64,000 bases of DNA, from positions 96,001 to 160,000 of the forward strand of contig CALUHR010000005.1 in the NCBI GenBank assembly GCA_944320495.1. Reading direction: 5' to 3'. The DNA is from Candidatus Methanomethylophilaceae archaeon (GTDB taxonomy: Archaea > Thermoplasmatota > Thermoplasmata > Methanomassiliicoccales > Methanomethylophilaceae). The notes below the pieces were generated by a model. That model saw only the letters and a list, made by a program, of their open reading frames with translations. It made no database searches and was not told the origin of the DNA. The translations under genes and the position numbers were made by a program. Positions 54,609 to 62,624 of the stretch are shown here, one piece after another; the first letter of the stretch is position 1; every line of letters starts with the position of its first letter.

Positions 54609-55183
54609 AGGTCGAGAGGGAGTTCTGCGATCTCAAGCGCCTCCCCCTCTCGGACATCAACCGCCCCGCTGGGGACTGCCGCCACTTTGACGACGAGTCC
54701 GAGGAGGAGAAGGACGAGCGCGGGAGCTACTACGTCGTCCTCACCGGGACGCAGACTATGAAGATCTACGACGCCCGGAACATCCGCGACGCCATCAGCC
54801 AGGCACTGGACCAGACCTGGCTCGAGGACCCCGAGGTGGAATCCGTGGAGGCGTTCCGATGCCGGCCGTTTCTCACAACCTTTCAGACGCCCCCGTCAGC
54901 CGGGGGCATCCAAACCACACGATCCGGACAGGAGATGATGACAGGATGGGATACATGTTCGTCAGACGCAGGGACGGCTCCGCCGCCCTCTACAAGGAGG
55001 CCATCGGACGGGGCTGGATCCTCTGCGACCCCGATACGGGGAAGGAATCGGACGTCGCCGTGGGATACGACGTCGCCACGAAGGACTGGAACCTCATGGA
55101 GGTCCTGGACGACTGGCAGGACGCGGTGGACACCTACCGCGTCAACGCCGTCGCCCTGCCCCGCTCGCCCTACACCGGCATGA
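54344..55183 (+). CDS. Cys-rich protein with two tandem CxxCxH...C...CxxF repeats
   Basis: ECRDCAHH..E.IEMGPEG...C...AGYCSYF versus TCHGCSHS..E.FEMDPSG...C...AGDCRHF. Confidence 0.7.
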   Translation: MAFEYRECRDCAHHVLAESIEMGPEGIMGKTVVPICTLKGITIGEVGRGAGYCSYFEEGEHPPRETCHGCSHSFKVETFEMDPSGILLKVEREFCDLKRLPLSDINRPAGDCRHFDDESEEEKDERGSYYVVLTGTQTMKIYDARNIRDAISQALDQTWLEDPEVESVEAFRCRPFLTTFQTPPSAGGIQTTRSGQEMMTGWDTCSSDAGTAPPPSTRRPSDGAGSSATPIRGRNRTSPWDTTSPRRTGTSWRSWTTGRTRWTPTASTPSPCPARPTPA

Positions 55184-55395
55184 GGGGGATCTACGTCGGC
55201 AACGTCGTGGACGGGGGGCTAGGGGAGTCCTATGCAGTCTGCACCACCGGCGACGGCCGCGTGGTCGTCGGCCACGGCGACGGCGAGAGCGCCATCTGCC
55301 CGAACGAGGCGATGGACCTCTCGCTGATGATCGCCAGGGCCGCCACCTACGCCGAGAGGGAGTGGGTCCGCATGACCGAGGGGGGATTGCTTTGA
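54946..55395 (+). CDS. Hypothetical protein
   Basis: MGYMFVRRRDG start; element-like codon usage. Confidence 0.65.
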   Translation: MGYMFVRRRDGSAALYKEAIGRGWILCDPDTGKESDVAVGYDVATKDWNLMEVLDDWQDAVDTYRVNAVALPRSPYTGMRGIYVGNVVDGGLGESYAVCTTGDGRVVVGHGDGESAICPNEAMDLSLMIARAATYAEREWVRMTEGGLL

Positions 55396-55667
55396 ACCCC
55401 GAGACAGTAGGCATCATGACCGTCGAGTTCTCCCCCTCCGCGCCCGTGGAGTACCTCCTGGACCTCATGGACGCCTTCGAGGGGCTCGTCGGCTTGGACA
55501 TGAACATGAGGATGGTCCGCTACCGCGTGGAGGTGGGGAACGTCACCGCCTCCGTGTACGAGGGCATCTCCGACGCCATCGCCGAGCGCATCGGCCCCGA
55601 CGGCTTCACGGGCGTCCAGTGGGTCCCGAACGACGGTACCACGGCAGTCAGGGAGGTGAACGCATGA
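55392..55667 (+). CDS. Hypothetical protein
   Basis: TTGA and ATGA coupled. Confidence 0.6.
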   Translation: MNPETVGIMTVEFSPSAPVEYLLDLMDAFEGLVGLDMNMRMVRYRVEVGNVTASVYEGISDAIAERIGPDGFTGVQWVPNDGTTAVREVNA

Positions 55668-56299
55668 TCGCCCCCGAGGGACTCATGCCCAGGAGGGCCA
55701 CCCTCTCCTCCGCGGGATATGACTTCTACGCGCCCGAGGACATCCGCCTCGAACCCGGGAAGTGGACCGAGGTTGACACCCAGGTCCGCTTCGACGGCTC
55801 CGAGACCGTCGAGGGATGCCCCAGATGGTTCATGCTGATGGCCCCCCGCTCCGGACTCGGATTCAGGCACGGCGTCCGTCTGGCCAACACCGTCGGCGTC
55901 ATCGACCAGGACTACAGGCAGAACATCAGAGCCAAGCTCACCAGCGACACCCCGTGCGAGATCCCCGCCGGGAAGGCGTTCATGCAGGGGATAGTCATCC
56001 CCTACGCGACCTTCTCCGAGGAGATCGAGCCCGTCGCGGAGCGCGTGGGCGGGTTCGGATCCACCGAATCCCGCTCCGAGGCCACGGCCATCCCCATCGG
56101 ATGCCCCTGGTGCGCCGACGCCCAGCTCACCGCCTCCGGCAACCCGAAGGACGGTCCCGTGACCCTCAGATGCCCGCACTGCGGACGCTCCGCCACCGCG
56201 GACACCGTCTTCGGCGCGATGCTCACCCTCGCGGACATCTACAAGGACGGCACCGACTCCGGACCCCTCGAGGTCTTCGTGAAGGAGGCGGCCCGATGA
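55664..56299 (+). CDS. dut: Trimeric dUTPase fused to a C-terminal Zn-ribbon
   Basis: SAGYDF, PRSGLG, NTVGVIDQDYR, ERVGGFGST; then CPWC...CPHCG. Confidence 0.92.
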   Translation: MIAPEGLMPRRATLSSAGYDFYAPEDIRLEPGKWTEVDTQVRFDGSETVEGCPRWFMLMAPRSGLGFRHGVRLANTVGVIDQDYRQNIRAKLTSDTPCEIPAGKAFMQGIVIPYATFSEEIEPVAERVGGFGSTESRSEATAIPIGCPWCADAQLTASGNPKDGPVTLRCPHCGRSATADTVFGAMLTLADIYKDGTDSGPLEVFVKEAAR

Positions 56300-56601
56300 T
56301 CCACTACGAGAGATGCACCGTCTCCTCCGGCAGAAGGCTCGACATCAACAGGGAGATGTGCCAATCGGTCCTGATCCCCGTCGGACCCCAGATCCTCCGC
56401 TTCTACGTCCCCGAGAGCGACAAGGACGCGGTGAAGCAGCTCCTGAAGGTCCTCGGCGTCGAGAAGATCAGGGAGGCTCGCGGGCAGGTTGTGTCCGTCA
56501 CCGTCACGGGGAACACCGCCGTGCTGAAGAACCCCGTGACCGAGGAGTCCGTCAGCGTCTTCGAGCACACCTACACCTACAGGCCGGGGGTGTACGTATG
56601 A
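56296..56601 (+). CDS. Hypothetical protein
   Basis: ATGA-coupled. Confidence 0.65.
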   Translation: MIHYERCTVSSGRRLDINREMCQSVLIPVGPQILRFYVPESDKDAVKQLLKVLGVEKIREARGQVVSVTVTGNTAVLKNPVTEESVSVFEHTYTYRPGVYV

Positions 56602-56852
56602 CCTCCAGAACCATGTCGTTTGTGTGCGACATCACCTCCGGCCCCAAGCGGGACCCGTGCGCCAGATGCGGCATCGCCCACCCGAGGATCGTCTTCCAGG
56701 AGAAGGACGGCGAGAACAGGTTCTGGTTCGGATGCAGGGGATGCGGCTCGTCCACCGACGAGTACCCCCTCCTCTCCGAGGCCCTGGCCGCCTGGAACGA
56801 GGGAAGGCTCATCGAGCCCCCCGAGGAACCCGCATGGGAGGGATACCGATGA
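56598..56852 (+). CDS. Lar-like (restriction alleviation) Zn-finger protein
   Basis: PCARCG...CRGCGSST...EALAAWN. Confidence 0.7.
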   Translation: MTSRTMSFVCDITSGPKRDPCARCGIAHPRIVFQEKDGENRFWFGCRGCGSSTDEYPLLSEALAAWNEGRLIEPPEEPAWEGYR

Positions 56853-57034
56853 TCACTGGCAAGCACGGCATCACCGACGCCCGCAGCGTCAGATGCGTCC
56901 TCTGCGGAGCGATCCTCGACCTCCCGGGGGAGATCCCCCTGTCCCAGCTGGGCTCCGCCGTCCACTCGATGGGCTGGAGGATGTCCGGGGACCGCTTCGT
57001 CTGCCCCAAGCACAAGGACGGTGGTTCCAGATGA
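56849..57034 (+). CDS. Small Zn-finger protein
   Basis: VRCVLCG...GWRMSGDRFVCPKH; paralog of 60719-60922. Confidence 0.7.
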   Translation: MITGKHGITDARSVRCVLCGAILDLPGEIPLSQLGSAVHSMGWRMSGDRFVCPKHKDGGSR

Positions 57035-57213
57035 GCGGATTCACCCGCATGGACCTCATCCTCGGGATGGAGTCCTCGCGCTGCTGTCTGAGGGACTGGT
57101 TCGCGCCCATGGCCGAGAACATCGGCATGGACGACGTCGCCGGGCGCCTCAGGGAGATCTCCGAGGAAGTCGCCGAGCTCGTCGCCCGCGTATCCGAGGG
57201 GGTGGAGGCATGA
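57031..57213 (+). CDS. Small helical hypothetical protein
   Basis: ATGA-coupled on both sides. Confidence 0.6.
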   Translation: MSGFTRMDLILGMESSRCCLRDWFAPMAENIGMDDVAGRLREISEEVAELVARVSEGVEA

Positions 57214-57437
57214 GCGAGGTCATGGCATCGTCCGACCTGCGCCCCTGCCCCTTCTGCGGATGCGCCCGCATCCTGTCGAAGGCCACGTCCCCGATCCCGT
57301 TCGTCACCCATTGGAAGGTCACCTGCCTCTCGTGCGGTGCTTCCACCGACGGCGACGTGGACTTCGGCAAGGCCGGGACCCCCGAGGAGATGAAGGCGCG
57401 CGCCGAGGAGCGCTGGAACAGGAGGGCGAGGGCATGA
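57210..57437 (+). CDS. Lar family restriction alleviation protein
   Basis: LRPCPFCG...VTCLSCGAS...AEERWNRRA. Confidence 0.85.
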   Translation: MSEVMASSDLRPCPFCGCARILSKATSPIPFVTHWKVTCLSCGASTDGDVDFGKAGTPEEMKARAEERWNRRARA

Positions 57438-57949
57438 CCGTCTTCCACTTCCGCTACGGCGGACGCGAGGAACCCCTCCTGACCGCCACCAACTACCATA
57501 CCGCCCGCATCAAGGCGTTCAACTTGCTCATACTCTCCCCCGAGGACGTGAGGTACGGCCTCCTGCTCCGTTCCAACGGCAAGAGGATGACCGAGGTGGG
57601 CGTGATGTTCCGCGAGTACCGCTACCTCGCCCTCAACGGCGACTCGTTCTCCGACTTTCTGGAGCATCCAGAGCGCTTCGAAGACAGGATCGTGGACGAG
57701 TACCCCCGCTTCCTGAGGAGGGTCATCACCTCCGTGGACGGCGGGATGGAGCTCGCCTTTGACGCCGGCGTCTTCCAGAGGGAGACCTCCGACGAGCTCT
57801 ACCGCAGGAGGTTCGGCGTGGAACCACCCGAACCCCGCGACACCTGGTGCAGGAAGTCCCGCGGATACTACCGCGAGAGCAGGACCCGCACCAACGGATC
57901 CTGCCCCGTCAGATGCTACGCCTTCCCCGCGAAGGAGGTGGCGGAATGA
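57434..57949 (+). CDS. Hypothetical protein
   Basis: ATGA-coupled; C-terminal FPAKE shared with 60904-61395. Confidence 0.7.
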   Translation: MTVFHFRYGGREEPLLTATNYHTARIKAFNLLILSPEDVRYGLLLRSNGKRMTEVGVMFREYRYLALNGDSFSDFLEHPERFEDRIVDEYPRFLRRVITSVDGGMELAFDAGVFQRETSDELYRRRFGVEPPEPRDTWCRKSRGYYRESRTRTNGSCPVRCYAFPAKEVAE

Positions 57950-58185
57950 CCCGGGCGCTGGACATCCGCATGTCCGACGGGAAGGTGTGGAGCCTACCGT
58001 TCGACTATGAGTGCGAGGCACGCATGACGATGAACCGCATCCGCTGTTCCGTATCCAGCTACAGCTTCACGGTAGACCGTAACGGTTGCATCCCGGGGCT
58101 GTATCTGGAGGACTATGGCTTGCCGGACGTGATCCCGTTCGTGTCGCACACAACGTCCCTGGAGCTCAGGGAGGTGGTGTCGTGA
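57946..58185 (+). CDS. Hypothetical protein
   Basis: ATGA-coupled; more A/T-ending codons than its neighbours. Confidence 0.6.
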   Translation: MTRALDIRMSDGKVWSLPFDYECEARMTMNRIRCSVSSYSFTVDRNGCIPGLYLEDYGLPDVIPFVSHTTSLELREVVS

Positions 58186-58568
58186 CCGAGCCCGTGACGA
58201 CCTACTCCTGCCCGAACTGCGGGAAGACCTACGAGACCGAGGATGAATGCAAGGCGCACATCGCCTTCTGCGACAGGACCCGCGCCGAGAGGGAGTCCCT
58301 CATCGGACGCTGGGCGGAGGGCAACCACGGCGGGATCACCGCCATCGGACGCATAGACTCTGTCACCGGCAACGGCGTCTGGATACGGGGACTCGTCGTC
58401 AGCGAGTGCTTCGGACGCTTCAGCCTCGACAAGATGCCCCAGGTGTTCGCCTATGAAGACGTCCGGGTCTTCGATTCCGTCGCAGATGCCAGGGAGAGAT
58501 GGCATCTGGCGGTCAAGGACGTCGCCGACCATCTGCTGGAGACCTCCATCCCGGGGGTGGATGAATGA
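58182..58568 (+). CDS. C2H2-like Zn finger plus beta-domain protein (paralog family)
   Basis: YSCPNCGKTYETEDECKAHIAFC...LIGRW. Confidence 0.75.
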   Translation: MTEPVTTYSCPNCGKTYETEDECKAHIAFCDRTRAERESLIGRWAEGNHGGITAIGRIDSVTGNGVWIRGLVVSECFGRFSLDKMPQVFAYEDVRVFDSVADARERWHLAVKDVADHLLETSIPGVDE

Positions 58569-58957
58569 ACAGGACCAACGGGCTGTTCGCCCCGTACCGC
58601 TGTCTCGTCTGCTACCGCGAGTTCGCCGACAGGGACGAGCGCGACGCACACTCCGCGGAGTGCCAGGCCCTCGCCGACAGGGCGAAGGCTCTCGTCGGAT
58701 GCTGGGTCCGTGCTCGCCACGGCGATGTGGACGTCGTGGGGAAGGTCAGGGGTGTCGACGGCCCCGACCCCATCATTGAGGGGCTCGAGATCAGCGGAGG
58801 CTACATGGTCGTCGACACCTGCATCCAGATCGGTGCGGTGGAGGCCGACGAGCTCGTCGCCCTCGAGTCCGAGGACATGGCCGCCGAGGTATGGCACGAC
58901 ATCGTGGCCGATCACGCCGAGAGGATCTGGAACGACGCCAGGGGGGCGATGGAATGA
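58565..58957 (+). CDS. C2H2-like Zn finger plus beta-domain protein (paralog family)
   Basis: YRCLVCYREF....ERDAHSAEC...LVGCW. Confidence 0.75.
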   Translation: MNRTNGLFAPYRCLVCYREFADRDERDAHSAECQALADRAKALVGCWVRARHGDVDVVGKVRGVDGPDPIIEGLEISGGYMVVDTCIQIGAVEADELVALESEDMAAEVWHDIVADHAERIWNDARGAME

Positions 58958-59009
58958 CCTCCGCCAACCTCGAAGGGCGCGACCTGCTCACCAAGTGGAG
59001 GGAGTACCC

Positions 59010-59825
59010 ATGACGGACGGCCAGAAAATCCTGAGGCACATCGTCTGCGAGGACGGGGACTCCATGCTCGTTCTGGGCACCGTCCCGGGACCCGACGCAA
59101 CCATGCTCGTGACGCTGACGCACCGCATCGGCACCCATGAGGACGGCTACAAGCAGGCCGTCATGCTGGACAGGGGCCAGGCTGTCGCCCTCCGCGACGC
59201 CCTGGACGAGATACTGTCCGCACGGCGCGAGGGAGTCTTCGGCTTCCCGAGGATGGAGAAGGTTTGGTTCTACGTCTACAACGTCACGGACACTTACTGC
59301 GGACCCGCCGTCACCGTCCTCGGGAAGCTCCCCGACGGAAAGGGATTCGTCCACGCCATCGTGGACATGCTGGGCATCTCCTACCCCTTCGTCACCCCGA
59401 ACCGCCCCTCGATGGCCGGCCTCAAGCCGTACATCCTGCTGGAGACCCTTGGGGAAACGATGCCCTATCTCGACAGGGCGAGGAGGGAGTACATCGACAC
59501 CCGTCTCGCCGACGTCGGACTGATCCCCAAGATCCGCCCGTACAAGCCAGATGAGGGCTTCGTGGACGCCGTCCGCACCGACGATGGCATCACCGTCCTC
59601 TCCAGCCACATCATCCGCAACGTCGGGACCCAGTACACGCTGACGTCCCTCTCGGGGGAGTCCAGGCGTCTCAGGAAGGTCACCTCCGAGGAGAGAACCG
59701 ACGAGAGGCCCGCCCTCGAGGGCGAGCATCTCTCCGAGGACGAGTGCAGGAACATCCTGACCGTCAGGTACAACGGCATCTGGAACACCATCATCGACGA
59801 GATTAGGGGGTGGTGCGGATGCTGA
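59010..59825 (+). CDS. Hypothetical protein
   Basis: 271 aa, element-like codon usage. Confidence 0.7.
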   Translation: MTDGQKILRHIVCEDGDSMLVLGTVPGPDATMLVTLTHRIGTHEDGYKQAVMLDRGQAVALRDALDEILSARREGVFGFPRMEKVWFYVYNVTDTYCGPAVTVLGKLPDGKGFVHAIVDMLGISYPFVTPNRPSMAGLKPYILLETLGETMPYLDRARREYIDTRLADVGLIPKIRPYKPDEGFVDAVRTDDGITVLSSHIIRNVGTQYTLTSLSGESRRLRKVTSEERTDERPALEGEHLSEDECRNILTVRYNGIWNTIIDEIRGWCGC

Positions 59826-59914
59826 GGTATCTCATCGGCATGGCATCCGCCCTCACCGTGTCCGTCCTGTCGGGCATCCTCATAGGCATCGACATCAGGG
59901 AGGCGGAGAGATGA
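59819..59914 (+). CDS. 31-aa single-TM peptide
   Basis: MLRYLIGMASALTVSVLSGILIGIDIREAER; ATGA-coupled to the next gene; below the ORF-track cutoff. Confidence 0.55.
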   Translation: MLRYLIGMASALTVSVLSGILIGIDIREAER

Positions 59915-60339
59915 CCTCCGACAGGGGATCCAACGCCTACCTCCCCGACTTCGTCTACCTCGTGAAGGAGCGCGGGCTCCTGGGGAAGCTGGATGAGGGC
60001 ATGACCCTGACCGTCCCCCGCAGCGACACCGTCTACAGGAGGGAGGACGACGGCAGGATCGTCAGGTTCCGCGACGGCAGGTTCACCGACATGCCGGACA
60101 TGCTCAGGGACTTCATGAGGGGACGCTACGTCCACGACCGTCCCGAGTACCCCCTGACCTTCGATCAGGCCATGGGGGCCATGTCCAAGGGGCGCATCGT
60201 CGAATGCGACCTGGGATCCTGCAACCTCTTCGCCCTCAGGGACGGGGTGCTGATGTACGTCTCCCACGGCGAGGACAAGCTGACCAAGGCCACCCTGCAC
60301 GGCAAGCTGCTCACCGCGAAATGGAGGGTCGTCCTATGA
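59911..60339 (+). CDS. DUF2829/Tad2-like phage protein
   Basis: LTFDQAMGAMSKGRIV...LLTAKWRVV. Confidence 0.5.
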   Translation: MTSDRGSNAYLPDFVYLVKERGLLGKLDEGMTLTVPRSDTVYRREDDGRIVRFRDGRFTDMPDMLRDFMRGRYVHDRPEYPLTFDQAMGAMSKGRIVECDLGSCNLFALRDGVLMYVSHGEDKLTKATLHGKLLTAKWRVVL

Positions 60340-60722
60340 ACTTCGAACACTTCCTGGGCGAGTTCAAGCGCGACATGGAGAGGGGCGTCCGCTTCAGGGA
60401 CCTCGATTCCGGTTACGTCTGGTACATGGTCGGCGGAACGCTCTACCGCGAAAGGAACGGCATCCTGGAAACGGCCCCGGACGGCCTGCTCTACTTCCTC
60501 AGGAGCGATGCCGTCGTCCACGACGGCACGAGGTACTCCCTGGACTTCCGCCAGGCCATGAAGGCCCTGGCCGACGGGAAGACCGTGGAGCGCAGGGGAC
60601 GCCCCGGCCAGCCGCTCATCCTGAAGGACGGCAGGATCGTCAACGTGACAAGCAGCAACCCCTCCATGGAGGAGGTGCTGTTCGAGGCGGACTTCCGCGA
60701 CGACTGGAGGGTGGTCAGATGA
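60336..60722 (+). CDS. DUF2829/Tad2-like phage protein
   Basis: LDFRQAMKALADGKTVERRG...ADFRDDWRVV. Confidence 0.55.
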   Translation: MNFEHFLGEFKRDMERGVRFRDLDSGYVWYMVGGTLYRERNGILETAPDGLLYFLRSDAVVHDGTRYSLDFRQAMKALADGKTVERRGRPGQPLILKDGRIVNVTSSNPSMEEVLFEADFRDDWRVVR

Positions 60723-60922
60723 CCTTCGCCTTCACGGACGCCCGTCTCGACGCCGTCTGCGACGGCTGCGGGAAGGAGACCTCCATACCCATCAAGGGCA
60801 AGCGCTCCGGCGCGAAGCAGGCCCTCCGCTACCGCGGATGGTCCTTCCGCGACGATCACGCCTACTGCCCCGGATGCACCATGAGCCAGAGGAGGGAGGA
60901 CGGATGCCCTTCTGGTCAGTGA
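60719..60922 (+). CDS. Small Zn-finger protein
   Basis: AVCDGCG...RGWSFRDDHAYCPGC. Confidence 0.7.
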   Translation: MTFAFTDARLDAVCDGCGKETSIPIKGKRSGAKQALRYRGWSFRDDHAYCPGCTMSQRREDGCPSGQ

Positions 60923-61395
60923 TGCTGGACTGCGGGAGGCTCGTCGAGCTCGGGGCGGAGACGGTCCGCGAGGCCCGCATCGGGGCGTACAACGCCGTCC
61001 TGAGGGAGGACGGCTGCTGCACCGGCACGCTCAGGAGGAACGGGCAGCCCTTTGAGGAGATCGACGTCGAGGGCTACCGCTTCCCCGTGAGGGAGGACGG
61101 CCTGACCGTCTATTACCACCCCATCCTGGACGACGAGCTCATCATGGGCCCGACGGAGACGGGGAACGGGTTCGTCGTGAACGCCGACCTCTTCGAGTTC
61201 GACAACATCCCGATAGCGTGCTACGAGAGGGACGAGACCACCGAACCCTACGACATGGAGCACCCGATCGGGATGTGGGCCGTCCCGGGCATCGACGGCG
61301 AGACGGGCGGACCGTCCTGGGAGTTCGTAAAGGAGAGGGACGAGAGGGCGGTCTTCCCCGTCTGGTTCTTCCCCGCGAAGGAGGGGTCGGAATGA
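60904..61395 (+). CDS. Hypothetical protein
   Basis: SD GGAGG upstream of ATG 60904. Confidence 0.7.
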   Translation: MPFWSVMLDCGRLVELGAETVREARIGAYNAVLREDGCCTGTLRRNGQPFEEIDVEGYRFPVREDGLTVYYHPILDDELIMGPTETGNGFVVNADLFEFDNIPIACYERDETTEPYDMEHPIGMWAVPGIDGETGGPSWEFVKERDERAVFPVWFFPAKEGSE

Positions 61396-62006
61396 TCTCC
61401 GCGTGGATCGTCAACGACTCCGTCGGGAACCACGTGGGCATCATCCGCACGAACGACGCCGACGAGGCCGTCAGATGGGCGTTCCAGGCCCTTCTGAGGA
61501 TGGGAAAGGAGTGGGGCTCCGTCGTCCACGACGGACGCACCTACTGCACCGTGGACGTGCTGGGCGGGACGTTCTCTCCCGCCTTCCCGCCCGGCGCGGG
61601 CGGCGAGAGACGCCCGATCTCCCGCGAACCCGCGATCCTCAGGGGAAGGGACTGCGCCTACGTGGACGCGGGTCTCGTCTCCAGGGAGGACGTCCCCGCC
61701 TTCCTCCGCATGAACGGACTTGGTAATCTCACCCCCGAGAGGGGAGGGAGCATCGCGGGCGGCAACGCCCGCTACTCCCCCTCCGAGGGCTTCACCCTGA
61801 CCAAGGACAAGGATACGGACACCCGCCCCGTCTGGTTCTGCACCTCCATCGACTGGATCCCGGAGGACTGCCGATGGCCACCGAGGGCGAGGTCCGCCAC
61901 ATCATCGGCAGGCTCTGGCCGGTCTTCTGCGAGCGTCTCGACGAGATGGTCCAGGAGACGAGAACGAAGGAATACGACTCGGAGGACGAGAGGGAGGGCG
62001 TGCTGA
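61392..62006 (+). CDS. Hypothetical protein (natural end probably near 61874)
   Basis: ATGA-coupled start. Confidence 0.6.
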   Translation: MISAWIVNDSVGNHVGIIRTNDADEAVRWAFQALLRMGKEWGSVVHDGRTYCTVDVLGGTFSPAFPPGAGGERRPISREPAILRGRDCAYVDAGLVSREDVPAFLRMNGLGNLTPERGGSIAGGNARYSPSEGFTLTKDKDTDTRPVWFCTSIDWIPEDCRWPPRARSATSSAGSGRSSASVSTRWSRRRERRNTTRRTRGRAC

Positions 62007-62140
62007 AGGGCCTGGAGATGGCCCGCTCCGCCTTCCCTGGCTACTTCGAGGGGATCATGACCGACATGCCCGAACCAGAGGACGACGGGCGCCAAACCGC
62101 TTCGTGGAACCCCCTGCACAGGTTCAGGAGGACGATCTGA
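61874..62140 (+). CDS. Hypothetical protein
   Basis: SD GGAGG upstream. Confidence 0.6.
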   Translation: MATEGEVRHIIGRLWPVFCERLDEMVQETRTKEYDSEDEREGVLKGLEMARSAFPGYFEGIMTDMPEPEDDGRQTASWNPLHRFRRTI

Positions 62141-62141
62141 G

Positions 62142-62624
62142 ATGGATGGAAAGAGACAGGATGGGATGACCTTCGACGATCTCGCACGCGACGTCGCGTG
62201 GATCGTCGGGGAGACGACCGCCCTCGCGGACTTCCGCGACAGGGCCGTCATCGGGCTCCGCCAGAGCGTGTCCGCGCTCAGGACGGAGGCCGCTGGGGAT
62301 ATGGATGCGATGCTCGCGCTGGACGACATCGAGAGGAGGCTGGACAGGCTGGACAGGAGGTGCCTCCGATGGCACTCTCCTGGATGGCCGCCCGCATCTT
62401 CGACCACACCTTCCACTCGGGGGACTTCTCCGGGTGGGGACAGTGGAGGAGGATGGACGACGGCTCGTACGTCAACACCCTCATGCTGTCAGCCAACGGC
62501 AGGCGCAACCGCTACACAGCCCTGGCCAGGACGAGGGACCCCGCCTCGGGGGAATTCGTCTACATGCTCTGCGTGGACCAGGTGGATGAGAGGATGCAGC
62601 ACCTCTGCAACAAGTTCGGCATAA
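62142..62624 (+). CDS. Hypothetical helical protein (natural end probably near 62369)
   Basis: Starts 1 nt after the previous stop. Confidence 0.55.
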   Translation: MDGKRQDGMTFDDLARDVAWIVGETTALADFRDRAVIGLRQSVSALRTEAAGDMDAMLALDDIERRLDRLDRRCLRWHSPGWPPASSTTPSTRGTSPGGDSGGGWTTARTSTPSCCQPTAGATATQPWPGRGTPPRGNSSTCSAWTRWMRGCSTSATSSA

